From Octopus bimaculoides (taxonomy: Eukaryota), in contig NC_068988.1 of NCBI RefSeq assembly GCF_001194135.2, positions 46,781,553 to 46,845,552 of the forward strand: a stretch of DNA of 64,000 nt, written 5' to 3'. The position numbers and the translations under genes are program-made. The notes below the pieces were generated by a model, which did no database searches, had not been told where the DNA came from, and saw only the letters and a program-made list of their open reading frames with translations. Of the stretch, positions 12,393-25,355 are shown in pieces; the stretch's first letter is position 1; each line of letters begins with the position of its first letter.

Positions 12393-12550
12393 CAGGCATG
12401 GTTGTGTGGTAAAAAGCTTGCTTCCCAGCCACATGGTTCCAGGTTCAGTCCTACTGCATGGCACCTTGAGCAGGTATCTTCTATTATGGCCTCGGGCCGA
12501 CCGAAGCCCTGTGAGTGGATTTGGTAGACGGAAACTGAAAGAAGCCGTCA
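12393..12550 (+). mobile_element. tRNA-derived SINE, family E, 5' part
   Basis: GGTTGTGTGGTAAAAAGCTTGCTTCCCAGCCACATGGTTCCAGGTTCAGTCC...GTGAGTGGATTTGGTAGACGGAAACTGAAAGAAGCC; matches the minus-strand copies at 45619 and 61495. Confidence 0.85.
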
Positions 12551-12689
12551 AACATAATTAAGAACCTCCGCAATTTATTCCAACGAAGAAATCCGAACCA
12601 CGTACTTCCAATCAATTTATCCAGACAGCTAAACCAGCCTCCCAGCAATCCTAATATAATTAATAGCACTGTTATTAATTACACTAAAC

Positions 12690-14869
12690 ATTGTTTTAGA
12701 CCAAGTGGAGAGAAACAGGGACAGACGTTGGAACAAAACATACAGGAGAAACTCTAATAAATTTATCAAAGAAAATTCTCTCTGCAACAAAAATCAGTAT
12801 ACTAGCAAAAGGATTAAAATTTACCCCAACACCACGAAGATCTAACCAGAAAGAAATTAAAGACATTTCGGAATTCTGCAGAAAACTACGACTCACAGAA
12901 GCACTAACTGTCTATGACAATGAGGACGAATCATTGATTAAAAACAGAAGCAATTATCTTCCACCTAAGTGTAGGAATAAAACACTAGATGACTTCTGCA
13001 ATCATATCCAAAACTTCCCAAATACTTTCCATAAGCGAAAAATTAATTCAAACCTCAATAATCTAGAATGGAAAAATCTAATTGAACTGCAAAACGGCAA
13101 AGAACTGATAATTAAAGAAGCAGACAAAGGAAGTTCTGTAGTCCTGATGGACACAGAATACTACAAAAAACTAGTATTATCCATGCTAGAAGACGATACC
13201 TTCTACGAAAAAGTTGTAAAATATGAACAACAAAAAAAACAATGAAAAATCTTGCATCCTTAATTCTTCTACGTGGAAATGGCCTGACAGAAAAAAATTA
13301 GATTATATCACGAACTTTAAATATAAACCTAATCTTTTTTACGGGCTACCTAGAATACACAAGAGAAAATACTTAAAGAAGCCTGCAAACAATCACTAGG
13401 TAAATACATAGATATCCAAGCGCCAGGAGACTTAAAGTTAAGACCCATTGTAGCTGTCCAGCCTGTGAAACCTAACGCCTAAGTAATTTCTAGACATCCT
13501 ACTGAAACACTTGCTGAAAATACGTCAAAAGTTTCATTAGAGACAATCTAGACATGCTTGAGCACCTATCAAAAACAACTAGCGAAGAGACATTATTGGA
13601 TTCCTTCGATGTTATTAATCTTCACACCAACATCACACGTAACTATCGAATAGAAGCAATAAACTTCTTGTTGGAAAAGTATTCCGAAGTACTTCCAGAA
13701 CGCATATACCAAGTCTTTATAATTGAAACTTTAAAATTTATACTTCAGAACAATTATTTCCTATTTGATGACACCTATAATCGTCAACAATGCGGACCTG
13801 TGATGGGAACGAAAGCATTCCTTGTTCTTGCGAACCTAATAATTGGATATTTTGAATTCAACATATATGAAGTGTCTCTACAATAATATACTTATCCATT
13901 TCACCATTATATAAGAGAGGATTGGAAAAGAAACATAGATGACTGCCTTATCATTTGGAATGAGACCGTTTATAAACTTTTAGAATTTAAATAAATACTA
14001 AATAATATAAGCTTTAACATTCAATTTACAATGGAATATAGCAAAGAACAGCTCCCTTTCTTGGATATTATGATAAAAAAATTCAACAACCAAATTGTAG
14101 CTGCCATAAACCAACGGACTCGAAGCAATATCTCCTGTTTAGCTCATGCCACTATCTGCACAATAGTGTCTGATAGAAATACTCGGGACCTTCGTTTTCA
14201 AACTTCAGAATAACGCTAACTGAGGGACAATATCCACCCTCACTTATAGACGATGAAATTAAGAAATTAGACATTAAGGGCAATAAAATATAACACCACA
14301 CTTCACCTCAAAACACTACTGTATATATCAATTCAGAACACTAGAAACAATGCAGCATACGACACTATTGTACAAAATCTACCTATGCTCACTAGAGATT
14401 CAATAATGAACAACATTCTGAAACACATAAATTCATCAAATGCAAAAGGCAACACAAATCGCTGAAAAGACATCTAACAAAAACGCGAAACCAACGGTTA
14501 AAAATGTTGACGCCCAAACTTTGGAACATGCCCCAAACTACTGGAATGCTCGGAATTTCGATACAAACTTGTGCTTCCGAGAATCTAATTTATGTTATAA
14601 CTTGCTCAGGTTGTAGACATAACTATATAAAACAGACAAGTATGACACTGAGACGGAGAACCACTCTACGTCAGGAGCAGATCCAATTCCCGTATTATAG
14701 AAAGATTCCTTTGAGAGAACACATAGAGAAATGTGAAGGTAATATCTCACCAAACTTCACAATTTTCCCCATCTACCAGTGCACAGAAACAATTTTTACG
14801 CAAGAATGTTTAAATAAAGAAAATTTGTTCATCAAAAGATACAGAACACGTCTAAATATGAACGCATAA
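12690..14869 (+). mobile_element. Penelope-like retroelement (RT + GIY-YIG endonuclease), decayed
   Basis: Ordered motifs: ILAKGLKFTPTP, IIKEADKGSSVVLMDTEYY, FYGLPRIHK, LRPIV, SFDVINLHTNI, ILQNNYFLFD..QQCGPVMGT, WKRNIDDCLIIW, EQLPFLDIMI, KPTDSKQYLLFSSCH, then CASENLIYVITCSGCRHNYIKQT (GIY-YIG). Multiple stops and frameshifts. Confidence 0.93.
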
Positions 14870-15139
14870 CTAACTTTGATCTCGGTATATATTTTAATTC
14901 ATTATCACATACCCATCACTGTACATATTTCATCTCGCAACTTTAGCATTTGAGTTTTTGCGTATATATATTTATTTCTCCCCTTCCCGAAAGATGAGAA
15001 ATTACTTCTGTCCCCAATAATACTGATCCCAAATTACCTCCCATAGATTTTTCTACTCGTTGAATCATTCATTGACAAACTTCACACACAGTATGAACTA
15101 AAATCTTCTTAAGAAAATACGAAATTACAATAATTTCAA

Positions 15140-15172
15140 TGTTATGATAAGCGAAAGCGAAACCGGTCGACA
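15140..15172 (+). ncRNA. Degenerate minimal hammerhead motif downstream of the Penelope ORF
   Basis: TGTT-ATGATAA-GC-GAAA-GC-GAAA-CCGG-TC-GACA: stem II GC/GAAA/GC, palindromic ACCGGT stem III, but the core has two substitutions versus CUGAUGA. Confidence 0.5.
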
Positions 15173-15457
15173 AACACAATATAGAATATATCAAAACATA
15201 TATTGAAACTATGTAAAGTCTGTACATTTATCTTCTTTATCGTTGAATGCTCGAAATGAAGAGCAGATAGACAGCCGACAACTGATGAGGTCCTTTCTTG
15301 GTGTTTACATGTCCTGTTCTCCATTTTTTCTCGTTGTTTACATATTTCATGTTGTTTCAACCGTTGGTGACGTCCTGTACCCAGATATGTATGTGTGTAT
15401 ATATATATTATTTACTATTTATTATTTAATTGAACGTCAACTTTCCATTTCCAAGTG

Positions 15458-15493
<36 letters not shown>

Positions 15494-17656
15494 TACATGC
15501 ATACATGCATACATACATGCATACATACATACATACATACATACATACATACATACGTACATAGAGGCATTGTGGTGCAAACATGAAAGATAGAATTCAG
15601 AATATGAGTTAATGTATAGATTTATAAATATCTAACTGAAGCAACAGAGTGACTCAAGACGCATGAGTTTCCTGCGTTCGTACATATATATGTTGTATAT
15701 ATATTTATATTTAAATTTGTATATACATAGGTATATTTATAAACACACACGCACATACACCTATACACGTACACTGACAAATACAAATACATATATGTAT
15801 GTGTGCATATATATGCACATACAGATATATATATAGAGAAAGATAGATAGACAGAGTGAGTGAGTGAGTGAGTGAGTGATAGAGTGCGTGAGTGAGTGAT
15901 GTATTCTGAAATCCTTTGACATGCAGCCACATGTACATTATTCTTTCGCGAGAGAGAGAAAAAAGAACGCGAAAAATTAAATTTAGATGCATGACAATTG
16001 GTAACATGTGTGATGGCAGCTCAGGTTAAAAAATAAATATTAAACAGAAACACAGTAATTAATAAGTAAGTTTGCACTTGTTTATATAAACACAAACAGA
16101 TGAATAGGTAGGTATTAGGTAGGTATTTGTGACAGATGAAAAGGAAATAGAATGTTGGAGCAGACTATACAGGTAAATCTATTAAGTTAGACACACAGAT
16201 GTAAAAAGAAAGTTGAAAGAGTGCAGAAGATTCTGAGATATTTCAATGAGTGTGTATTCACTTGCATAATGGATTAAATGTATTTGTAGGTAAATACACG
16301 TGTATACAAACATAGATGCAAACGTGTGTGTGTGAGAGCGAGTGTGTCTGTGTGAATGTGCGTACATACGTATATGAACATGCATATATATGTATGCATG
16401 TATGTATGTGTGTGTGTCTATATGTATATATATATATATGTTCTTTATCTTGTTTCACTCATTGGACTGCGGCCATACTAGAGCCTTGCCTGGAAGTATT
16501 TTGTCCAATAAATCGACCCTCTGCTTATTCTTTTGCTCTAAGCCAGGTACTTAACATATCGTTCTTTTATTTGCTGAAGTGCTAAGTTACAGGTGCGAAG
16601 GCAAGACAACGCCGTTTGTCAAGTAGTGGTGGGGGACAACTGTATTTTGAGTACTGAATTTTTACACCTGTCCATTTTCTACTTTCTTATAAGATTGTAC
16701 AGCAAAGAAGCTGACTCACCGTGTATTTATTTCGTTATTTTATCATCTTCAACGACAATAATATCAGGTCCATTATTGTTCACTATGTTAAGTAATTTGG
16801 GTAACAATTTTAACAATAAAATAACAATGAGAAGTTTAGATATATTTGATGGCATGCGTTGTTTGTTTGCTGTATAAAAAGAGTAATTATTCGTTTTCCA
16901 TTCATAGTCTCTTTATTGATATGATTATATTTTGGACTGGTGAACCGAAGTAAAATAATAGAGTAGTAACACTGGACGGTAGTAGCGGCATTTTTGTGGT
17001 TTTGTTTAGATGAGAAAGAGTAAGTGTATGACTAACAAATTCAGTGCCCATACTACGAATTAGTTTATATAATGTTCCAGACACTTCATATTTAGCGGGT
17101 CTGGCCATCCACTTCCGCTGTTAGGGAATAGCATCACAGGTGAAAGCTCTCTATTTTCTCTTGTCTGTCAGTTGCCTGTGATTACGCCCATCTCCGCCTG
17201 TGACTACACCCATCTGTCAGTCTCTTCTATCTTTTACAATCGCAACCTTCCTAAATATGCTTTCTTTTAATATACCCTTGAACAAACCTGATTGGACAAG
17301 TCTGTGATGAAAGCTATCCACGAAAGTAGAAGAGAAATTTACACAAGCTTTCTTTGGTGACATTTTGTTTCATGTCATTACTCATTTTGCCATACATCTT
17401 GTTACAATACGTAAATCATGATATTTTATGTCGGTGAGAGCTATTATTAAAAATCATTGTGGTATGATTTAAATACAAAACATATACTTGGAATGTATTT
17501 TAACATCTTTCTAGTTGCTTGTTGTAAAAGATAACATCTTTCCAGCTGTTTCATGTAAAAATGCATAATTTTTATTTAAATTTCATTTGTCATTTGCATT
17601 CATTGACATATATGTCAAGTATTCATTGCATACTTTCAATTTATGTACACGCCACA

Positions 17657-17699
<43 letters not shown>

Positions 17700-17994
17700 C
17701 AAACACAAGGAAAGATATAAGATGAAAAAAAAAACAGATTTGTTTTAAAAGACTGAAGAATATATTAGAATCATAACAGTAAAAGTACTACACAATATTG
17801 TACAAAAGATTTTTTCCTGTCGATTTTCAACTTATGTGTTTTGGTTGAATTTCTGAATTTGACATTTTGTTTGATAGGAGGAATGATTGGTAACCAAGGT
17901 ATTTTACTGTAAAGAGGAGGTAAATCTAATTTTTTTTTATATTGATCTATATTTGATTCTTACCATAGTTGAGGTAAATCTTTAACTTGCAATA

Positions 17995-19500
17995 TGGGTT
18001 TATATTGAATTCCAGCTTATATTTTTCGAAAAATAAGGCCTCTTTATTTAGTCGTACTTGTGTTGAGATCCAAATAGCAAATTGATATAATGGAAAAATT
18101 AGGAATTATAGTTGCAGTTTTTCTGCACATCTGTCAATGTATTCACCGAGATATATATCTGGCAATATTGTGGGGAGGATATCTGTTGTCTGTGGACCGT
18201 ACATCACCGTTAGATCGACATTCCTGTTGACCCTGTATAGTTTTCATAGCAGCCCGAGCATCTGATAACATAAATGAGGTTTTCAGAGGAGCAAGTGAAG
18301 TTGGATTTAACTTTGAACTTTTGCCCTTGTCTAAAATGGAATTCTGATCCATCCAAAAGATTGGAACATGTACCGCAGTTAGGACGACCACATTTTCTTA
18401 CTCTTGCGTCCGTTATTCTTGAAAATAATTTTGCACTTGTGAGGATCTTCTTTAAAGTTTTTGGTTGTTTACTGCTTTTAATAATTTTATGGGTACGTTG
18501 AGTTTCCTTCAGTTTGGAGTCCTTATGGAGTATTGGGAGATTTGGGACAATGATGTTAAATGCTTCTTTGTTTCTGTTGTTGTGTGTGGAGACATAAGGT
18601 AGTGTTTTTTGTGTTCGACTTTTCTTAATGTTTTTATGTCAATCGATTTTGCACGTTTAATCCATTCATTTTATGAGTTGAATTGAGTTGTGTCTGTCCT
18701 GGAGTACATTTTTTAAGCTCTTACAATCTTAGTCCTGTGGTACTTTTTTTCGGACGCTATGGTGCAGATCCTTCTTGCAATGTTAAAGGGGATATTTGTT
18801 TTGATATGTCTCGGGCGGCATGAGCTAAATAATGAGCGTCTGTGGTTGTGTAAAAAAATGTCCGTTTCTATTTTTTGTCTATTTTTAACCAGCTTGTCTA
18901 GGAATGAGAGTTCCTCTTAGTTGTGTTTCATTGTAAATTGTATGTTGGTATTAATGCTATTAAAGAGTCTTTTGAATTTCAGGTGTTTGTTATCTATGTC
19001 GTCATTCCAGAGGATGAAGCAGTCGTCTAAAAATCTTTTCCTATTTTCTTTTACGTATTGGAAAAGAGGGTTTCCAAATTTAGAAAATGACTCCTGATAT
19101 ATTGTTATTTCTAAATAGCTCATTGATATGTTGGCAATGGTCTGGGCTGCCCTGGTTCCTATGGCAATTCCGGAGTTTTTGGTGATAAATAGTGGTGTCG
19201 AACATGAAGTGATTGTTTTGAAGGATGACTTTTATTGATTCGATTATGTAATCTTTGTTGATCCTTTCTGGTATTTCTTCTGGATATTTGTCCAGCCAGA
19301 ACCGGATTACTTCTATTTCATAAATATGGGGTATGTTAGTGTATAGGTTTATCACATCAAATGTAACCATGACTGTTTCTTCTTTGACCTTTTCTGGTAG
19401 GTGATTTAACATATCTAAGTCATCTCTAACATAAACAGTGAAAGTTTCAGGAGGATGTCCATGAAGTAACTTTATCGATGAGTTTCACAGGATTTTCTAC
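17995..19500 (-). mobile_element. Penelope-like retroelement (RT + GIY-YIG), decayed, 5'-truncated
   Basis: Minus strand: VTFDVINLYTNIPH, ILQNNHFMFD, RKRFLDDCFILW, NIQFTM, then CSSENLIYVIRCSGCYENYTGSTG...HRQQI...YIDRCA. Confidence 0.92.
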
Positions 19501-20369
19501 CTTAAATATATATATATATATATATATAGGTGAGTTCAATTAGAGGTTATAAAAGCCGTCTAAGGGATATTTACATCCAATGAATTACTGGTGTATATGT
19601 GATTATGTGTATTAGTATTAATGCTCATAAATGATGCGTAAGGAAAGGAATAAACCGACTTTATCTATATTTGAAGAAAAATAAGAAAACGGAGATAAAA
19701 ATAATTGATAAGCATCAATCATTATTTATTGATTACAAAGAAAGACAATATCTCATTTCGCAACTGTTTCTGTTCGCGCTATTTTGGGCATATTCAGGCT
19801 TAATTATTACAATAATAAGTATTATCACTGTTAATAATTATACCATCTTAAATAGTGGAACTTCATCAGATCGAAAAAAATAAAGAAAAAGAAAGAGAAA
19901 AAGAGAAACTAAGGATATACTAATTGATGTTACATGCTATTGCTCTGAAAACCTTTCGACCTACTGAAAAATTTAGTTATACAATTATAATAGTTATAAT
20001 AGTTAGTGGTATATGCCTATCTACGCAGTGGGGAGACTACTACCGGCTTAAGTTGTATATATAATACTGTTGGAATATAAAGTAAAAATACCGGAAGTTA
20101 CAGAACTTATATGTATAGACAGATAGTCAAACAAATTGATAGATAGATAGGGAGCCAGAGACAGACATTCATGCAAACATACATAGTCTGTTTCTTCCAC
20201 ATGCCTAGAAGTTTATGAGGGTTTTAAGCTTAAGTGAGAGTGTTACTTTTTCTCAGCTGAGTTCTGGTGCAATGTGAAATTGAGCACATTACTGAAGGAT
20301 ACAACATGCTACTTGGTCAGAGAATCGAATCTACGGCATATATAATAGATAACAGGATTTTAAAAGCAA

Positions 20370-21030
20370 CTAAGATATACGTCAGCTCAGGATGCCAAAA
20401 CAAATGGTTCAAGAATATATAATCTAGTTTGCCAACACCTATTATCCAGGATTATCAAACATATACACTTCCGTCAATCCTAATCTCCCGATCGTTTTAC
20501 AAAGCACGAACATGAAGGACGCAGTTCTTGAAATCTGATCATTAACAGTAAGTGCTTCATCCGGGAAACTTCAACAAATACATTACAAATGAAAACTTCC
20601 CTTCAGAAGGTAACCCACAATTTTTTAGTAAGATATTGTGACGATAACGATGCAGAATGTGAAGTAGCGAATATAAAACCACTTAGAAACTGTCTCCTAG
20701 ATAAAATTCATAAATGGGTGATACTTCAGGAAAAATGCAGACATGAACTATAAAGCAGAAAACCTCATATATCACGTAACCAACTCCAGTTGTAAGAAAA
20801 ATGACAATGGTAAGACAAGAAACTTATTTTCTGAAAGAATGAGGTTACATAAACAACACATATGTTACCCGGGACTTAGGAAAATATCTCTCAGCAAATA
20901 TTGCAATTTTGCAGCGACACCAAATTTAATTTTTATGTTTTGTTTTAACAACACTTAAAAGACGATCGAGCATATCATTTGATAATGGAAATTTTATTAA
21001 AAAAACGAAAAAAGAAACTCTCCAGTTAAG
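20370..21030 (+). mobile_element. Penelope-like element, GIY-YIG/3' fragment, highly decayed
   Basis: ORF 20743-20958 MNYKAENLIYHVTNSSCKKNDNGKTRNLFSERMRLHKQHICYPGLRKISLS aligns by eye with the GIY-YIG regions at about 14570 and 18290. Confidence 0.75.
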
Positions 21031-21204
21031 AAACAATAATGACTAAAAGAGAATAATTTCTACTTCTTAAAAATTTTCTATTTGAAGGGATAAAAGGACT
21101 ACTTTTTTTGCTTCATTTTCTCTAGTTTCTCTTCTATTTTAACAACTCTTGTATTTATTCCATTCATGTGCGTGTATATACTTTATGTTGCATACGTACA
21201 TTTA

Positions 21205-21265
<61 letters not shown>

Positions 21266-21495
21266 CTCTGAATGTTCGTGTGTAAGATAAAGATGGATTC
21301 TCTAGCACTAGATAACAATAACAACAAAAACAAGATGCAGAAATTGGAGCTGTATTCTATCATTCCCTTAGGAAATTTCAGACTTATATATCTGTATATG
21401 AATATAGAAAGAAATGATACCTCTATCGCATCTGAATTTTTTCTACCATTAGTAATGTATTTCACTCTATACAACCATTAACTTTTACTCATATG

Positions 21496-21529
<34 letters not shown>

Positions 21530-21786
21530 TATTTGTATATACACAAATACACACATGTCTATATATGAGTGTTTGTATATAAAACAACAATGGCGGCTAT
21601 AGGCAATATAAGCGAAAAAGGATAGATTCAATTGTCACTAATTGTGACTGACAGAGCAGGGTTGCATCTGCATTGCTAGAAATAGAAGTTAAAACCCTTA
21701 GAGCCTCAAAGAAGCACGTGTCTATTCACTACAGGGAAAAAATATATATAATATTTGCGAGTGAATACAGCTTTTGTTACTAGCTG

Positions 21787-21844
21787 GTGATTGTCTCACA
21801 CTGAGGACAGATAACATCCAGAAACCTAAGTCTGTGAGTATCAC
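21787..21844 (+). ncRNA. Type I hammerhead-like motif with extended stem I
   Basis: GTGAT-TGT-CTCACA-CTGAGGA-CAGATAACATCCA-GAAA-C-CTAA-G-TC-TGTGAG-T-ATCAC: perfect CTCACA/TGTGAG and GTGAT/ATCAC pairings, both cores and the GUC site present; stem II degraded. Confidence 0.6.
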
Positions 21845-22234
21845 TTAAGGCTAGAGATGGGAGCGATGACCTCCCTTGCAAATGCTATATACGGATAGAG
21901 ACTATGTCGTTAGCCAGCTGGAAAATATGTTTTCTTGGGTCTAAAACAACAGTAATATCGTCCTTTACAGGACTGCTACGTTATGTTGGTATATAATCAT
22001 TACTATATATATATATACATATAGTCAAATTTACAGAAAACAAAAAGACGAAGGCAAGTGAGTGAAAAACAAGCAGGTATATTAGTTTGATGCTCGACAT
22101 GAATGGAAAATTCATTGACGTTCTGAACCTACGCTCTCCAGCAGAAATTGAGAGGAAAAAATGGAGAGAGAACGGAAAAAACGGAGAGAGACAAAAAATA
22201 TGTAGGGATTAAAGGTTCAACATAATGAAATGAG

Positions 22235-22301
<67 letters not shown>

Positions 22302-25300
22302 TGCATATGCACACACATATAGAGACAGAGAAAGAAAGACAGACAGGGAGAGATGAATAGTTATAATGATATATCTAAAAGATTAGTAGAGATTTGCCAG
22401 CAGTATGACCTGTTTGCTTCTACCATGCTTTTGCTGTACAGATATCAACACTCACTTGGTCGTCTAAGCCTTGACCCAACTGGACATTATGAATTAGTCT
22501 GCTTGGAAGAGGATTGGGCTGCACCAGCAGTTTGTTAATATTCTCTTTAAGCTGAGTATGCTGAAGCAACAAAAAATGATAAAATACTTTGCCTTGTTAA
22601 AAAACCAAACACATGACCTTATCAATATGATCCCAGTAGCATAAACAATTGCCAAGACACATTTACATCAATATTCGTACATATGTACTCATGTGTGTGT
22701 GTGTATGCGTGTTTGTGTGTGTGTGTTTATGTGTGTTGATATTTTATATATTTTTCCATACTGTTATGAGTAGGAAGGGTTTTTTTCTGAACCAGTGGTT
22801 TATGTGACAATACTCTTCGTATTGGTTTCAATTTTTGACACAATGCAAAAAATTTCGAGGGAAAGGATAAATTGATTAAACCAACATCAGTGCTCAATTG
22901 GTGCTTATTTTATCGATACCAAAAGGATGAAAGGCAAAGTCAACCTTAGGAGAAATTGAATTTAAAATGTAAAGATGTACGAAATGCTGCTAAGCATTTT
23001 GCCCAGCGTGTAAATATAATTCTGCCAGTTTATCACCTTTGCAATGCATTTCATATTACCAGAACTTTTCATTACGTCATACAACATACAGGTATGCTTT
23101 GTACTTATTCTGAAGCTGCAATGCACATGCATCATACATATTCCTTCGAGGTACTCTTTTGGAAATTTTCCAAGTTAATACTTGCTTGTCTCAGATATCT
23201 CTAGATATTTGTTGACCCTATCAGAGATTCATCCACCCATTAACTTAATTTGTATACACCTTTATCAACATTTTCTTCACTGCATCTTATTTACTCAGTC
23301 ACCAAAATGTTGTCTGTTACTTGCTTGTTTACTTAAATGTTTGCTCCAACATAAAAACTGCTGGAGGTTGCAAATTCAGATTTGCTAATAAGTTAGGAAA
23401 CAAAATATAGATTGTCATCATAAATATTTCCATTTTTATGTAGATATTTTTTACTCTAAAATTTGTTTTTGTCTGTTATTTTGCTGAGCTAGCTAGTTTC
23501 ATACCTTAGACTTTTGTTGCTCATCACTGACTGTTCCTGCAAAGGATTATGCAGGCCTGGGTATGATATTTTTCTGTGGAAGACTGGCATAGAAGTCTTT
23601 CATTTCCATACAGATGATGTTTTCCAAAGGAAAAATTCATCACCAAGGGTCATTGTATGGCTTTGCATTCAGAACACAAAAGTCCAAAACATGCGACCCC
23701 AGAGTCATCTCATCTATAATCCTGTAGTTCTACTAATCCACTGCCCCTGGTTATTGGCAAAGTTGACTTTGCGAAACTGAAGACAGAGAGTGCAGAGAGC
23801 TGATCAAATATCACATTTTTACTCTATTAGACATACAAACAATTCAGTCAACTGACTCTGTAATGTAATGTAACACATTCCTACATGTGCACAAACACAT
23901 GAGAATTTCTATCTTCTATATCTCATGCTATATCTACCACTCTTTTACCAGTCCCTGAACAAGCTCACTTCTTCTGCACTCCAGAATTTCCTTCCTGTTC
24001 ACATTTCTCATGTAGTCATTCCCTTGTAGATATTCACACTGAACATGTACCCTATCAATTCATCAATCTTACCAGTCTCAAAGGGCCAGTAAAGGTGATG
24101 AACATATCCCCTTTCTTCTGATTATACTCTAAGAAAAAACTAACAGTATTTTGGGAAATATGTAAAAAAGCTTTTTAGTTTCTGTGATAAACCAAAAAAG
24201 GAAAAAAAAAAAAAATGTCTAAATACTTAATGACAATAACAGTCTTGCTCAACTAAATAGACAAAAGTTTACATTGTCAAGAAGATCAATATATTTTTGT
24301 AGATATTGATCTACTTGTAATTCAGTTTGACATGTCTCTTACTTGTAATGTCATCTTCCTATTAGGGAATTAAAGAAAACAAACAAACAAATAAATATAT
24401 AAATGTATTCTTTTTTGTTGAAAACATGAGGTTTGTTGCAGGTAACTTAGAGAAATATAGAAGAATATATTGACAGCAATGTTGAGCAAAGGAACCCAAA
24501 GACAATCTTTATTGATGTAACAATGTTAATAATAATGAAAATAAATAACACACAAACATATATGCGGCTCTCCTTTTTCTCTTGTTCTGTTTTTCTCTTT
24601 CTATAAACACTCACACACACACATATATACACACATACATATACTTATGTGTGTGTGTGTTTGTATACATACATACATACATAAATATGCATGCACACAT
24701 ACACACGTACATATTATCATCTTTTTATGTCCATTTTCCATGCTGGTATTGACAGGAATAAGTAAGATTGCAATGGTCTGAATGAGCACGTATTCAAGGA
24801 TACCACTCCCTTAAATGGGTTGGAGGACTGCATCTCACTAGGGTAGTTCATTTCTCATTTGATTTCTAGAGCTGAACGCCTAACACTAACCACTATACAG
24901 GAAGTATTGAGTGGTTGTTTCCATGGTATCAGCTTTAGACATTGGTCACACTCTTGACAACACTAAAGGGTCCTCACAAACTTACAGAAAGAGATACATG
25001 CAGTGCTGGATTAACCATTATGCAAATCAAGCACGTGTTTAGGGCATCAAAGGAAGAGCAGAAATGGTAAATGTTTTACGGTACAAAAAGACCGTTTTAA
25101 ACTTGCTAAAATAATTTTTGGGATGCCTTATCTCTATTAATAATAGCAGCAGTGAGATTAATTATCAGGAGCTGATCAAAGATTGCAATTAAATAAAGTG
25201 GGAGAAGACTTTTCAAATATAGGTAAAGTGGAGGTATACAAAAGTATAGGCGCAGGAGTGGCTGTGTGGTAAGTAGCTTGCTTGCTAACCACATAGATAA

Positions 25301-25355
<55 letters not shown>

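Noticed and set aside
15275-15300. CTGATGAG hammerhead-like core
   Set aside because: No properly placed stem II-GAAA partner; the same applies to CTGATGA at about 26219, 31376 and 53543.
22114-22148. Minus-strand CTGCTGG-A-GAGC-GTAG-GTTC-AGAAC-GTC, in a repeat also seen at about 63885-64000
   Set aside because: Both cores are mutated; it may derive from a hammerhead but cannot be supported without a family consensus.
24278-24317. Hairpin with 10+4 bp arms
   Set aside because: AT-rich and short; plausible by chance.
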